A stretch of DNA of 64,000 nt, from positions 2,717 through 66,716 of the forward strand of contig JAWXCD010000003.1 of assembly GCA_034440535.1 (NCBI GenBank). The letters are read 5' to 3'. Both the position numbers and the translations under genes were made by a program. Below are positions 30,201-45,200 of the stretch, piece after piece. Position 1 is the first letter of the stretch. Every line of letters starts with the position of its first letter. Below the pieces are notes generated by a model that made no database searches, was not told where the DNA came from, and saw nothing but the letters and a program-made list of their open reading frames with translations. This DNA comes from Verrucomicrobiota bacterium. Its GTDB lineage: Bacteria; Verrucomicrobiota; Verrucomicrobiia; JAWXBN01; JAWXCD01.

Positions 30201-33200
30201 TAAGCATGGTGGGGGTCAATATGCTGCCGCCATTGCTCACCAGTAGATAATTGTCGCTGGCCCCTGCTTCGGTGCCAATAAAGAGGTAATTACCATTGGT
30301 CATCCGGGCACCATTTATGACCTGCATGACGTTGCCCGTGGAATTGTATCCTAAATAAAAGTAATTCTTATTGGTCAGAACGGTGGCCACACCATCAAGG
30401 ATCACGGACCCACGTGCACCCGTCGCTGCGCCAACCCTGGTGTCGCCCACGTACCAGGTATTCAAGCCCCCGTTAACATACATCGTCATCGTCTGCCCCG
30501 CCGTGCGCCCGATTTCTAAGGACCCATTGGCACCGTAAGCGATAGTAGACAACTTGTTGGTCAGGACCCCGTAGTTAAGCATGATCGTGGAATTGGCACT
30601 GGCGACGGAGGCGTCGATGTTATCCACCACGCTGGTACCGCCCATGCTGACAAAGGAACCGGGAGAACCAGCAGCTCCAATATAGAGGCGGTTGTTAGCG
30701 GCGTAGTTAAGGCTGGTGACGACAAGCATACCGCCCGCATTGGTCAGGGACCCACCCGAGCCGGCCGCGCCACTGGATCCAATCCGGAGATCGTTGGCCA
30801 CGACCAGCCCGCCGTTGGTCAGGATGACATAGTGGCTATTCCCGGCGTTACCGATCTGGAAGCCACGGTCGATGGAGTTATTCATGATGAGCTTCGAGCC
30901 GGACCCGCTGACAATCACACTACTGTTGTTCCCGCCGTTACCAACGACATTATAATTTCCCGCGAAGGTCATGACAGCCCCGTTACTGACAACAAGCTGG
31001 TTATTGATCGCCCCAGCAACCTGACCGATGAGCAACTCATTGCCAGAATCCCAGCGCGTGCCCGACCCGGTGACTAATACGGAGTTATTGCTGCTGCTGG
31101 CATTATTCCCAATCACCACGTGAGTTTGGTTGGTAACATAAGCACCCCCGGCGACAATCATGCGGTTGCTCTGGTCGCCCGAGCCCACATAGAAAGTACC
31201 ATTTATGCCGCCAAACAGGCTCATGTTAGCGCCATTTGAGACCACGAGCAGATTGTTGGAAGCCCCGGCATTCTGTCCGATATAAAAATCACTGTTATAT
31301 AGTTTCCAACCGGATCCTGCGCCTGTGATGGTGGCGCTATTACCCCGGCTGTTCACGCCCACGACACCGGCGGTATTCGTGATTCTGCCCCCTGAAGTCA
31401 CGGACAGAGAATTGGAGGCTCCATCGTATCCGATGTAGAGGGATGAGGCAGTATTGATGATGGCATTGCTGCTGACGACCAGAGAGTTATTTAAGGCGCT
31501 GGCACGGTAACCAATATTGATATCACCACTTGTATTAGAGACAGAAGTCCCGTTGCCAGATACAAGAATGGTACTATTGGATGCATAGTCGATTATGATC
31601 CCGCTGACAGTACTCAGCGTCCCCCCATCCAAGACGTGTAGGACATTGCTTTGACTGGCCCCCGTGAAACCCATGCGCAATGCCGCACCGACATTAACGA
31701 CTGAATTGCCTCCCGTGATCATCAACGTGTTACCGTTAGCGGAAGCGTTTTCGCCCATTCTGATATCGCCACTGACATTCAGAGTACCCCCGTTAGAAAC
31801 GAGCAACCGACTGTTGGTTCCATAAAGACCGACATTCAGAACGCCCGCATTGGTGAAAAAGGTTCCAGCCCCACTGACAAGAAGCGTGCCGGAGGAATTG
31901 GTGATGGCACCAAGGGTGACTCCTCCCCCAGCCGTGCCGACGTAATTGCTTCCTCCTAGGACATTCCATGTGAAGTTTTGACCCGCCACACGTCCTATAA
32001 GCAGGCCTCCTCCGTTATCCACCGTGATGCGTGAGTCACCCAGAGTCGTCAGGGTCCCGTTGCTCATCATGTACTGGTTGCCGTTGGTCACAAAGAGATG
32101 ATCCGCGCGGATATTGACGTTGTTGCTGTGCGCGAAGGCCACGCCGAAAACGTTGAACACACTGTTGCCCCCGTTGGTGATATTCAATGTCCCGTTATTG
32201 GTGATTTGCACCACCCCAGCTGCGAGGTGCAATCCGCCGATCGTATTGGCATTCTGACCGTCGAAGATTAAATTACCCGCCCCGATATTGGAGACGGCCG
32301 CCCCGCCTGAGACGGTGTTGGTAAACCTGATCTGCTTACCAGTCCCCGCATTGAGGGTCCACTGATAGTTAGAAGCGATGGAACCGGAATCGATTGTCCC
32401 GCCGAGGAGCAGATTCCCGCCGTTGGTTGTGGTCCAGGACTGATTGGCCGCAAGCGTCATGTTGTTAAGGATCGTCTGATTGCTAGCCGTGGCATTGAAG
32501 ACCCCCGCCTGGCGGACCGTGATATTGCTGCCCAAGATCGTATAGCTTTGAACCGTCAGCGGCGCATTGCTGAAAGTTATACCACGCACATCCCAATTGG
32601 TGTTGACGAAGGGCGCGGTGCTGACGTTGTTCGAGGCAAAAACAACCCGGGCACGACCATCATTGAGTGGGGCCACCCCGCGTGACCAGTTGGCGGAATT
32701 GCTCCAGTTGGCATTGGCCCCCGCGCCGTTCCAGACGTAGGAAGATGCCGTCACATTTGAAATGATGACGTTATTGCCGCCGGACTGGTTATAGAGAACC
32801 GTTCCGTTTTCGGCACCGCCCAACCAGAGGTTTGTGAAGAAGGTTCCATTTACATTGGCCGCACCGGCCGTGTAAATTGTCCACGTGTCGGAGGAGAGGA
32901 AATTGTCGTTATCGAAGAAAAGTTGCAGCGCGCCACCCGCGAAGAGCGTGCCATTGACGCGGTTGCTGTCAAAGTTGCCCGCCGTGGTGCCGCCGAAGCT
33001 GAAGAGGTTCGTGGAGGATGCTGTGTTGACCAGATTGCTGTTGAAAGTGAAGGTTCCGTATCCTGACCCGCCCAAATTGGTTCCCATGGTCAGAGTACCA
33101 CGGTTGGTGACAATAGGTGTTGTACCACTAATTGTGCCTTGGCCGTAGAAGGTCGTGTTGGTATTGACAAGAATACCGCCGTTGAATGTGTGGGTGGTGT

Positions 33201-36200
33201 TGCCACCTGCACCGAGGACGGCTGTCTGACTGCCGTCACCGGCCACGTACTGGATTGTCGAATTGTAGGTGAAGGCCCCCGCCCGGGCTTCCACGGTTCC
33301 GCCGGATTGAGTAATGGAGTTATTGGCAGCCACGGTAATCGCATTGGCTGTGGCCTTGGCTTCGCTGGAAACAGACAACCAGTTGCCTGTCGTCCCGTTA
33401 CCGATCACAAGGGTGTTGACATTACTCAGTATGGATCCGGAATTCTGGAGTAACACCCAGTTATTCTGCCCATTGTTACCGACCATCGTATTGCCCCCCA
33501 TCACATTGACGACGCCCCCGTTAGAAATAACCAAGCCGTTGCCGTTGCCGCCGCCACTGTTACCGATATTCAGCGCGTTGCCGATCGTGGCGGATGAGCC
33601 CGACCCATTGACGACCATCAGATTCGATTTACCCTGGTCACCCACGTTGAAGATACCGCCATTACCGAAGGTGCCGCCATTCGATATGGTCAGGGTGTTG
33701 TAATCACCAAATCCGTAATTGAGCCCGCCATTGCCGGTATTGGTAAAGTAGCTACCCGCGCCATCGATGACCGTTGTATTATAAAAGCCGCCATAAGACA
33801 GACGGAGATCCGCCGTGTACATCTTTCCACCAGATGCAATGGTCAGCATATTGCTGTATTCGGTCCCATTGCCGCTGCCGATAGCGAACGCATTCACCCC
33901 TGTGAGAACACCATTATTAGTGACAAAGATGTAGTTATTGGTTCCGGCACCATAGGCGATGCTCATGTTCCCATTGGCATTGGAGTAGATCGAGCCAGCC
34001 CCCTCAACGACCATAATATTACCGCGACCGCCGTAGCCGATGCGGGTGTCAGAAGCGCGCATATAGCCACCGGAAGAAATAATCAATTTGTTACTTGTCG
34101 CCGTTCCACCGCCGCCGCCCAGGAACATGCCTGTAGTATTATCAACACGGCCGCCATTGGTCACCCACAGGCTGTTAAAGGCCTGGTCGAAGTAGGCCAG
34201 ATTGATGCCACCGGAGTTGGTCCAGTAAGAATTCGCCCCAGCGACGACGAAGGTGTTGTTGCTCCCCTGATACGAAATACGGGCATCCGTCGTCTGCAGG
34301 CGGCCTCCTGCCACAACCAGAACCGTATTACTATTGGCCACGACGTTATCACCGATATACATCACCCCGCCGCCCACAGTCGCATTATTGGAAACCACCA
34401 GGAGGTTGTTATCTGTGCGGAAATAGAAGTTCCGATAATTGGTCCATGTGGTCGCCGATCCCTCCACCATCACATTGGCCTTGCCTCCACTACTCGCAGG
34501 ACCAAATACAACATCACCGCTACCCGAGAAGGTGTTGAGACCCCCGTTCATATACCAATTCATCGTCTGGCCGGACGTGCGCCCAATTTCCAGACTTCCG
34601 TTATTGCCGTAGTTGATCGTGGAAGTCTTGGTTGTCAATATGCCGGAGTTGAGGAATACACGCGAATCACCCACCGTGGTATTGGCAGCCCAAAGATTAT
34701 CGACAATGGATGTCCCCCCGACATTATAAAAATCGCCCTTCCCAGACCAACCCACATAGAAGTTATTAGCCACACCCGTCCAGTTTGTGACAACCAATAG
34801 ACCGCCTGCATTCGTCAGGAAGGCCGCCCCGGTGGTTCCCTGGTAACCAATATTCAAATCGCCTCCGACTTTGATTAGGCCGCCATTTGTAGCCACCATA
34901 CCATTGCCAGAACCCACCCCACCTCCACTTTCCCATTGTACTATAAAACCATTGGTGATGATGAAGGCCGAGCCGGGATCGGACACCGTCAGAATATTGC
35001 GACTCCCACTGGCACCCAAAGTGGACCCGTTATTAATCCGCCATGTGCCTCCGTTTGTGACGAAGAAGCGGTTGTCGTTGGCACCAGCCCTATAGCCCAT
35101 GCGGACACTGACCTGATCCAGAATCGACCCCGTGCCAGCCACGACGACGGTGTTTAAACTGCCTTCGTCACCCAGAGCGCTCGCCCCCACAATCATCTGC
35201 CCGCCGTCGAGGATCAAAAGTTTATTGCTGACCTGTCCGCCACCGCCGACAACACCCGCCAAGCTCATATCGTTGGGCGAGAGATATTGGGCGCTGTTGG
35301 ACACTATGAAGGTATTTCCTGTGACCGCGCCATAAGCCATGGTATTGCCGCCGGCATTCGTCCAGACAGTGCCCGCACCTGTCACGAGGAAATAGTTGCT
35401 ATTACCGGTAAAACCCATGCGGGATGCGTTCAGGTTAGTCATCTTGGCACCGGCGCTGAGCTCAAAGTAGTTTGTGGAAGATTGAGCCCAGACACCATTG
35501 CCGAAGAGCCCGTAGGTGCCCGCGCCGGTCATGATGAAAGTGTTTCCGCCGTTACCATTGAAGTTGAGGTCGCCCCCGACAGCCAAGCTCCCGATGACCA
35601 AGCCCGCACCGTTGCTGACAACGATACGGTTACTTATTCCGCTGGCAAAGGATAGGCTGCTACCGCTGATGGCCAATAGGGATCCAGTGTCGGAAAGGGT
35701 CATTGTGTTATTGCTGGAACCAGCGGCATTACCGAATGTCATTGCCCCACCGACCCGGACGATTCCTCCCGAATTAATGGTGACAGTATTGTTGCTTGAA
35801 CTGCTCGCGTTGCCCACGGTCAAGACTCCACTATTGCTGACGTAACCGCCATTGGTCACGGTCAGACTGGATTGGGCTCCGGCACTCCCTACATCCAGAG
35901 CCCCATTATTCACCCATGTTGAGTTCGTGCCCGTGACAATCACACTGTTGTTGCTCGATCCCGCAATGCGCCCGATATAGCTGGCTCCCACATTAGTCAC
36001 ATAACCGCCGTTAGAAATGATCATTTGGTTGAAGGAACCGTCATACCCGACATTGATACCAAAAGCCGACTGACGTAACGTTGATCCCGCCCCGGAGACG
36101 GTCACAGTGTTACTGCGTGATCCGGCTACATTGCCTATCCGAAGTCCTTCCGCCGCGGAGGTATTACTGTAGGTGCCGCCCGCCAGAATGTTCATCGTAT

Positions 36201-39200
36201 TGAAGGAGGAGACATCACCGACGTACAAACCGCTATTGGTCATGGTGAGAAGCGAACTGCTTCCATGAATCGTCAGTGTATTGTTTGAGGAAGAAGCCGC
36301 TGCACCCATGGAAAGGTACGAGCCGTTGCGGTAGGCATTCACGCGACCGCCGTTACTAATGGCTAAAGAGTTCCCATTTGCAGTATCACCTAAATTAAAA
36401 GCTCCTCCAACGTGAAGCACGGAACCATTGTCATTCACAATGACTGTCGTATTCGAATTCGCAACGTTGTTATACCCAAGGTAGAGCGCGTTATTGGTCA
36501 CTTTCGCACCATCATACACTCCAAATGTTGCTCCGGTACCCACGAGCGCGATATCTGCAGCAGCGTGGTTAATCCGAGCCAAACTTCCCGTGACAGCCAA
36601 GGTACCGTTACTAATCACAGTTCCAAACCCAGAGGCGGGAGCGTAGGTGTTGGCACCTTGGAGTCCCACAGTACCAGGACCCACTTTTGACAATATGAAG
36701 TTTCCTGAAATGCCACCTTGAATGTAAAGAACACCTACATCAGATCCTAAAGACGAATTCCCCAGCATAGCCACATTTCCTTCGAGTGCGGCTGGGTATG
36801 TCCCATTGATGTTTTTGACTACCCCGCTATTCCCTGCTCCGGAACCCATAATATAGATCGTTGAACTACCCGGCCCAATTTTTCCACCATCCATGACCAA
36901 CGCTGAACTTCCGTTGGTAAAGTAATAATTATTAGCTCCATACAAATTCAAATCAAACGGCACACGCAGCTGACCGTTAAAGACGAGATGCCCGCTGTTG
37001 GCATACCAATTCTGATTCTGCCCGACGACAACGTTATTGTTAAAAAATTGGGCGGAAGAACTATTTTGAACGATCCCTGTTCCGTTGTACCCGTTGATTG
37101 TTAACGCACTGCCATTCATCGTGTACGACCCCATTGATGCAAGGTTACTGAATGTCAACGTGGCGATGCTCCAAGGAACATCGACATTCGGGCTGGTACG
37201 CAGATTAGTACTGGCAATAACGATCCTCGCAGCTCCATTGTTGACGGGCGCCAAGTTGTTAAGCCAATTTGTCGCGGTGCTCCAATTATTATCTGAGCCT
37301 GAATATCCGCTCCAAACAGAAGCGGCAAGGCTCAAATTCGATACGACAAAATTCTGACCTACGTATCCTGCAAACCCTCCATCAACGTACCCACTCCAGT
37401 TAATCGTGGAGAAACTGCCGCTCCCAGTCGTGTTTTGGAAGACAATAAAGGAGTCGGTTAAGGCCGCCCCATATCCAAAGTCTAAATTTAATATACCGCC
37501 GGCGGTAAATACGCCTGAAACAAAATTGCTATCAAAACTCCCAGCACTGGCAAAGTTGAGAACAGAAGTTGAGCTCCCGCCAAAAAATAACCCATTATTA
37601 AAACTCGCCGTCCCCACTCCCGATCCATTGTTGGAAAGCGTACCTCGGTTTGTCACGATCCCACTGAAAGTTGCTCCAGAGGCATTCAAAGTGGCATTCG
37701 TATTAATAAGCAAGTTGTTACCAAAAGTGTGCGTCCCGCCATTTGTCACAACGAGAGCTGCCGTTTGCACCCCGTTACCTGCGGTGTAAAGAGAGCCCGC
37801 ATTGTATGTCATTCCGGCTGACCCAATTTGAATCGTGCCTCCATCATGTTGGATTGTATTTCCCGAATTGACCGCAATAGTTGATGACCTGACTACTGCA
37901 CCATTCGAGACCACCATTCGATTCCCCGAACCTGCTCCACCGATCGTGAGCGTACCTGCGTTTGTGAAAAGTGTATTGCTATCGGAAACCACCATCAAAT
38001 TGTTATTCGCCGTCGCATTATTGCCGATGGTGCTGTTTCCAGAAACACTGATCATACCACCATTGGTAAGGTGAATTCGGTTGTCAGTACTTCCTGCTGA
38101 ATTTCCTACAATCAGTGTAGCGCTCCGAAGAATCGAACCTGATCCTTGAACAATACCCGTGTTACCTACGCCATTGCCACCGATGTAGACCGCTCCAGCA
38201 CTAGTCACTGTCCCGCCTGAACCGATGAAAAGGTTATTGGCGGAAGATCCATTCCCAACATTAATATCCCCAACAACTGACAGCAGACCGCTATTGGAAA
38301 CAAACAGGCTGTTATTGATCGCATTGGCGGCATTGCCCACCACCACAGATCCACCCACCCGCGCCAGTGCTCCTGCACCGGATATTACGGCTATATTACT
38401 GACAGAGGCACTCGTTGCACCGATGGTAAGGGAACCTGTTGAATTTGTGAGTTTCCCGCCATCCATCACATACAACGCGTTGTTTGTCCCACTCGCTGCG
38501 TTTCCGAGCGTCGTGGAGTTAGTGACAAACAACACACCGTTATTTGAAACAATGGTTTGGTTAAAATTCGCGGCGTTTCCGTTTCCTATCGCTAAGGAGG
38601 AAACGTTCATTTCACTACTGGAACCGGCCACTTGTAAAGTGTTACTCTGTGCGTTTGCAAGGGTACCGACGGACACTGCTGCTACGGTGACTCGCCCACC
38701 ATTTGTCACTGACAACGTTCCGTTTGTCGTGTCGAAAACAATATTAGCTCCAGTATGGTTAATCCGTCCTCCACCTCTGACTAGCAAGGTGCCGTTACTG
38801 ATGGATGTCCCCGTGCCTGCCCCTGGTCCGTAGGTGTTTACCCCATCCAATATAACTGTTCCGGCGCCTACTTTTGTTAACGCGCTTGATCCGGCAACCA
38901 CGTTGCTGACGATTAATGTTCCTGCGTCAGACCCGAGAGCGATCGCTCCGCCACTCATTGTGAGGGTGCCACCACTGATAACACTAGTGCCTGAAAGATT
39001 ACGGAGAACTCCAGTATCACTTATTCCTGAGCCTGCAAGCGTTCCGCCCCCAGCAAAAACAAGCGTGCCGTCTGCAAGCAAAACAGCATTTCCATTCAAT
39101 ACTGATAACTGATTCCCCGTCACTCGTGCACTATTACTCACAACCAACGATGATCCAGTTCCTGAAATTACAACATTAGCTCCGGAATGGTTAATTCGCC

Positions 39201-42200
39201 CTGATCCACTCACAACAAGCGTTCCATTACTTACCGCTGTTCCAATTCCACTGGCAGGATTGTAGGTGTTCGATGAAAGCATGACGATCGTACCAGCTCC
39301 CACTTTTGTCATTTGGAAATTACCGGCCACCGCATTTGAAAGATATAAGACAGCCCCGGAATCCGCACCCAAGCCCGAGGCACTCGCCATGGTCACCACG
39401 CCTGATACTGATCCTGATCCACCTAATAATCTAATGGCGCCTGCGTTATTGGTTCCATACCCATTAATTTGAAAGGTTGTTCCCGCTAAAATTTTTCCAC
39501 CATTGGTCAGGTATATGGCACCGTTATTATTGAGCGCTACGGTATTGAGTCCCGTTATAGTTAAGGTTCTGGTTCTTGCATCAACTACGCCACCAAAATT
39601 GATATTTCCTTGGCTCGCATTAAAAATATTATCGGCCGCTAGGATAAGATTGTTATTGATCGTCTGAGCGGCTGAATTGCTCTGCATGATCCCTACTCCG
39701 GAATCACCTTGAAGTGTGATGGTTTGACCGCCCAATGTATAAGACCCCATTGATCCAAGGTTACTAAATGTGAGCGACTTTACATTCCATGCCACGTCCA
39801 CATTGGGGGAAGGACGCGTATTATTAGCGGCGAAAATGACCCCTGCATTTCCATCATTTGCTGGAGTGGTGTCGCCTACCCAGTTCGCGCTTGCGCTCCA
39901 GTCGTTATTGACACCGGATCCCCCGTCCCAAACGGTAGTCACTAAACTTGAGAAATTGGAAATGACGTAATTCTGCCCGATAAACCCTGACCATCCTGCC
40001 GTCACCTGTCCTAGCCAATTGACTTGTGAGAATGATCCTAAGCCGGTGGTATTCTGGAAAATGGTAAAAGAGTCATTGGCAGCAGGAACGTATGAGAAAT
40101 CCAAATTAAGCACACCCGCAGCTAAAAAAGTTCCGCCAACGTAGTTACTATCGAAAAGGGATGAGCTTAAAAATTTAAACACTGAAGTTGAGGAAGCTTG
40201 GTTAATCAAATTGTTGTTAAATGTCATGGTTCCAATACCAGCTCCGGCCGAACCTCCCGATGACAGAACACCGCGATTTGTCACGTGCCCATTAATCGTC
40301 GCCGTCCCGTAAAGGGTGGCATTGGTATTGATGATCAAATTTCCGGCCGAGAAAGTATGGGTCCCGCCCCCGAGGCCCAGGGCCGCTGTCTGCGAACCAT
40401 CGCCTATGGTATAGACCGTCGTGGGATTGTAAGTGATATTGTATCCGTTCCGGGTTTCCAGCGTTCCGCCGGAATGATTGATCCGCGAAGCGGCATTCAC
40501 TGTCATGGTGTAAGTATTATCCAGAATGACCAAGCCATTGCTGTTAATGTTGAGTTGGTTCTGACTTCCACCGGCCCCCACATTAACAGCCCCTTTATGA
40601 TACAGGACTGAACCCGAGTCTTGGACTGTGACTATGTTACTATAAGCGGACCCACTTTCACCGATGTGTAAAGCTGAACCCGATACATTCGTATATTTAC
40701 CGCCACTCGCTAAGATAAATTGATTACTATAACTTGACCCTTGATAGCCTAAAGTCAGTTTGGATCCGGTTTGTATAGTGGCGTTATTACTAACGACTAA
40801 ACGATTGTTATAGGAAGGATTCCCAAACCCCACGTATAACTCGCCAGGAGTATAGAGGTAAGAATTAGCACCTCCGACGACGAGTTCATTATTAAAACTT
40901 CCCGCGCCCTCACCAATCGTTATCCCAGAAGCGTCACTAATGAGTCGACCACCATCCATCACTAAAATCTTGTTGTTCGTGCTGGCACCTTGAAAACCCG
41001 CGCGGATTTGACCATTGGCACGCATGAACCCTGCGTTACTGACAATTAAAAGATTGTTATGTGAGGGATTGCCATATCCAACACTGATGTCTCCAGCTCC
41101 GTACCATACAGAACCGGTCCCGCTGACCATGATAATATTGCTCAAACTATTCGCGCCTTCACCCATGTTGACGCTCCCTTGAAAGTTTGTAATTTTACCG
41201 CCGGCTAAAACAAAGGCCCGATTGTTGGTCGAAGCACCCTGGTAACCTACCCGCATAGTGCCCGTACGCAGTGTTCCCCCATTACTGACGACAAGACTAT
41301 TGTTGTAGGATGGGCTGCCGTACCCGACATTGACCTCGCTATTATTCCAGTACAGGGCCCCGTTATCTACTTGAACGTAGTTACTCGCCGAATTCGCCGT
41401 TTCCCCAATTTGAAGGGAAGCACTATTACTGACAAGTGACCCGGACCCGGAAATGATTAAAGAATTTGTCCCGCCTGTGCTGCCACCTTGAGCGATATGG
41501 ATTGTAGAAGCGTTAATAAATTGACCCCCATTACTCACCACCATCCGCTGACCTCCAGCGCCACCAATTCCCCAATAAAATTCCAAATTACTGTTATTCC
41601 ACAACGAATTGGCTCCAGATATTTCCATGTAATTGTTACTTGATGCTGCATGCTCACCCAAACGTGTATCACCTCCAAGAACCGAAACTCGTCCACCATT
41701 GCTAACAATAACGCGGTTGCTGGCTCCACCACTTTGACCAATTCGAAAATAAGATTCAGTCGAATAGGTTGATCCTGCTCCGTCGACAACCAGCATGCTA
41801 TTACTGGCAGCAATATTGAAACCTATATCGGTCTGTGATCCCCCAGGATAAATAGTTACAAAGTCCGCCCCATTGCTAATGGCTAACACCCCGCGGCTGT
41901 TATGACCCACGCTTAAATGTGCACGATTGGTTACGAGAGTGGTGTTTCCAGTCACATTCAGCACGCCCGACCCTGTTCCTCCAGAAACATTTCCTAAATA
42001 AGTGCGATCATTTGAATCAATCAAGTTTGAGTTACCACCACTGATCGTCCATGTCATGTCCCGGTTAAGGGTGTTGCCCACATAAAACTCATAACCATTC
42101 ATTGTAAAATGACTCTTGGTTTCAAAAGTCCCGTAGTCCAGGAAGAGGCGAGAACTGCCACCGTTTGTCACAAACACTCGGTCAGCCAATATATTTCCAT

Positions 42201-45200
42201 TACTAATATAAAAACTTGAAGACTGCGGCACAAAATCGGCATTGCCAGCCGCATTCGTAAAGGCCACCGTGTTGCCGTTCGTGATAAAAAGGTTGCCCCC
42301 ATTGATCAGCCAGCCCCCACCCACCGCGCCGCTCCCGCGCAAGGCCACGTTTCCTGCGGATTGGGTCACTTTACCGGTTCCAGAAAGACCACCCCACACA
42401 CTCAATCCACCCGCGCCACTCACGTTCCACGTCTGGTCAGACACGAGATTTAAATTGTTGCTTATCGTCTGCACCGTATCGTCAGCCTGGGTAATTCCAC
42501 CGGCGCGAATCGTGATATTACTGCCCCACAAGGTAAAGGCACTCGCGTTGTTACTAAATACAATCGCCCGCACATCCCAATTGGTGTCAGTAAACGGTGT
42601 TAATCGAGTGCTCCCTTGGAATGTGACTTTTGCCCGACCGTCATTAATGGGAGGAATGTCACTGATCCAGTTTGCATTGGATGACCAATAATCACTGGAC
42701 CCATGTCCGCCGTCCCACACGTAATTCGCAAGTGAAACGTTGCTCACAATAACATTATTGCCCGAATAAAGGACGCTTCCTGATAAAGCTGCTCCAAGCC
42801 AATTAACGTTAGCAAAGGTTCCAGCTACCGTTGAGGATCCCGCAAAAACCGTAAAGGCGTCGATGAGGTTTGGATCAAAATCAAATTGAAGGTTGAGTGT
42901 TCCATCCACTCCCAATGAACCGGCTGTCGCACTTGTGATACGGTTTGAATCAAAGTTTCCTGCCCCTGTTCCGTTAAAACTAAATAGCGACGTCGCATTA
43001 TTTGCTAGGAAAAGAGAACTCATGACCATCGCGCCCACGCCTGCGCCGCCATTTGTTCCAATGGAGAGGTAACTTCCGCGATTTGTAACAGCTCCAATAA
43101 TGGTTCCGTTTCCGTAAAGCGTCGCATTCGTATTCACCAATAATCCACCACTAAAAGTCTGCGCGTTGGCTCCGTTGATCCCAATCGCGGAAGCTTGGGA
43201 GCCATCACCTACAGTATATGCCGGAGTAATCGTCCCAGCTACCCCGCCGTTGATAACGAGTGTTCCGCCGTTGTGCGTCACGCTATTGTTTGCACTTACA
43301 TTCAGCCCATTAGCATACACCGTCGCGTTGGAATTGATCGTCAGTTGATTGCCGCCATTCACATTAATATTTAAAGCGCCTGCATTGCTCCAAGTCGAAC
43401 CCGCTCCGGTCACAATCACTTTGTTCGTCGAACCCGTGCCCGCCCCGATGGCAGAAGCGGTGCTTGAAAATGAATTAACGTTAGCACCATTACTAATAAC
43501 CATCTGGTTACTCACAGTGGAATTGCCCAGCGTAAACGCGCCGACCATGTTCCAGCGTGAACCTGCACCAGTGATCAGGGCTATATTATTGGAACTCGTC
43601 GTTTGACCAATGATGGTCGTTCCCGTGTTAGTCAGAGAAGCCCCGCTCGATACCGTCAACCGGTTATTCTGCGCACTCGCATTGTTACCCATCAGAAAGT
43701 TTCCGCCAACGTACCAGGCGGAATTGTTGCCATCCAAAACAACGGAACTGTTACTTCCGCCAGCGGCATTACCGATCGTTCCAGCCAGACTCATGACTTG
43801 GGCTCCGTTGGAAACGAGGAGTTGAGATCCCCCGCCCGCTTCGCCCACTGTCAGCGTGCCCCGGTTTGTCCAATAGGCGGTTGAACCACTTAACGAAACA
43901 AGACTGTTGCTCCCGCTCACAGCAGAACCGATGCGCGCATTGTTGGCCGCGGCCCGTCCTCCGTTTGTGACAAACATTCGCCCTAGACCATCCTCACCCA
44001 CGTAGAGGTCGTTAACATTGCTAAACGAACCAAACTCACCAACGACGTTAACAATCCCTGTTGAACCCGCTACTGACCCGATGTGAGTGGCGGCTCCGGG
44101 GGTAATGGTATGAATTCCACCATTAACCACCCAGATCGCTTGCTGGGCGGCGGTCGCGCCTATCTCCAAAGTAGTAGATCCAGAACCATAATTAAGCACG
44201 GCTGTGCGGGTTGTTAAGAGTCCATAGTTTAAATAAACAGAAGAATTGGCGTCCGTGCGTGGGGCGTTTAAGTAATCAATAACACTCGTTCCGCCCGACT
44301 GCACAAACATACCGCCCCCTTGTCCCACCACACCCACGTCAAATGTCGCTGTGCCTGATGTATTAGTGACCAGTAAAATCCCACCTGCGTTGGTGACGTT
44401 GTTGTTGCCTTCCCCATTTTCACCCAAACGCATGTAAGGCGTGTAAACAAGGCCGCCATTGGTGACGATCAATCGGTTATTTGTGGTATCCCAACCGATT
44501 CGAATGCCTACGCCAGATTGATTAATCGAATTATTGATCAGTTTAGACCCATCACCTGTGACAAGAATTGTATTGTCTCCAGAACCTCCTGCGGGGCTGA
44601 TTCCCAAATAAATATTGTTTCTATTGGTCACCACACCACCGTTAGAAACAATCAGGCTCCCACGCTGAGCTGAGCCCCCTTCACCGATCCGAATTTCCGT
44701 GCCCACATTAACTTGTGCTCCACTCCCCGAAACAAGGAGCGAGTTACTGTTTCCGGAATTATTCCCAGAAATATAAAGCGTACCCCCAACGTTCACCACA
44801 CCACCATCCATCACGAGGGCTTGATTACTAAATCCCCCATTACCCACATGAAGTTGGGCGCCGATTGTAGCCAACGCGTTGTTACTCACTATGAACCGGT
44901 TCAGGCCATTCCCGGCCGCGTTTTCTTGCGCGATCACGAAACTTGAATTGAGACCTGCATCCCAAGAACTGCCAGTGCCCGTAATAATAAACTGGTTATT
45001 ACTACTGCTGCGACCAAGGTAGTGCGTCTGCCCGGCAGCAAGCGAAGTTACGACGGCACCGTTGCTGACAATTAAAATATTTGTGGAGGACCCGCTCTGT
45101 CCGATATTAAGCGCAGAGGTATGTGAGAACCGGGTACCACTGTCCGCGATCAGCATGTAGTTACTGTTGCCGTTTTCACCAACATTCAGGACGCCACCCG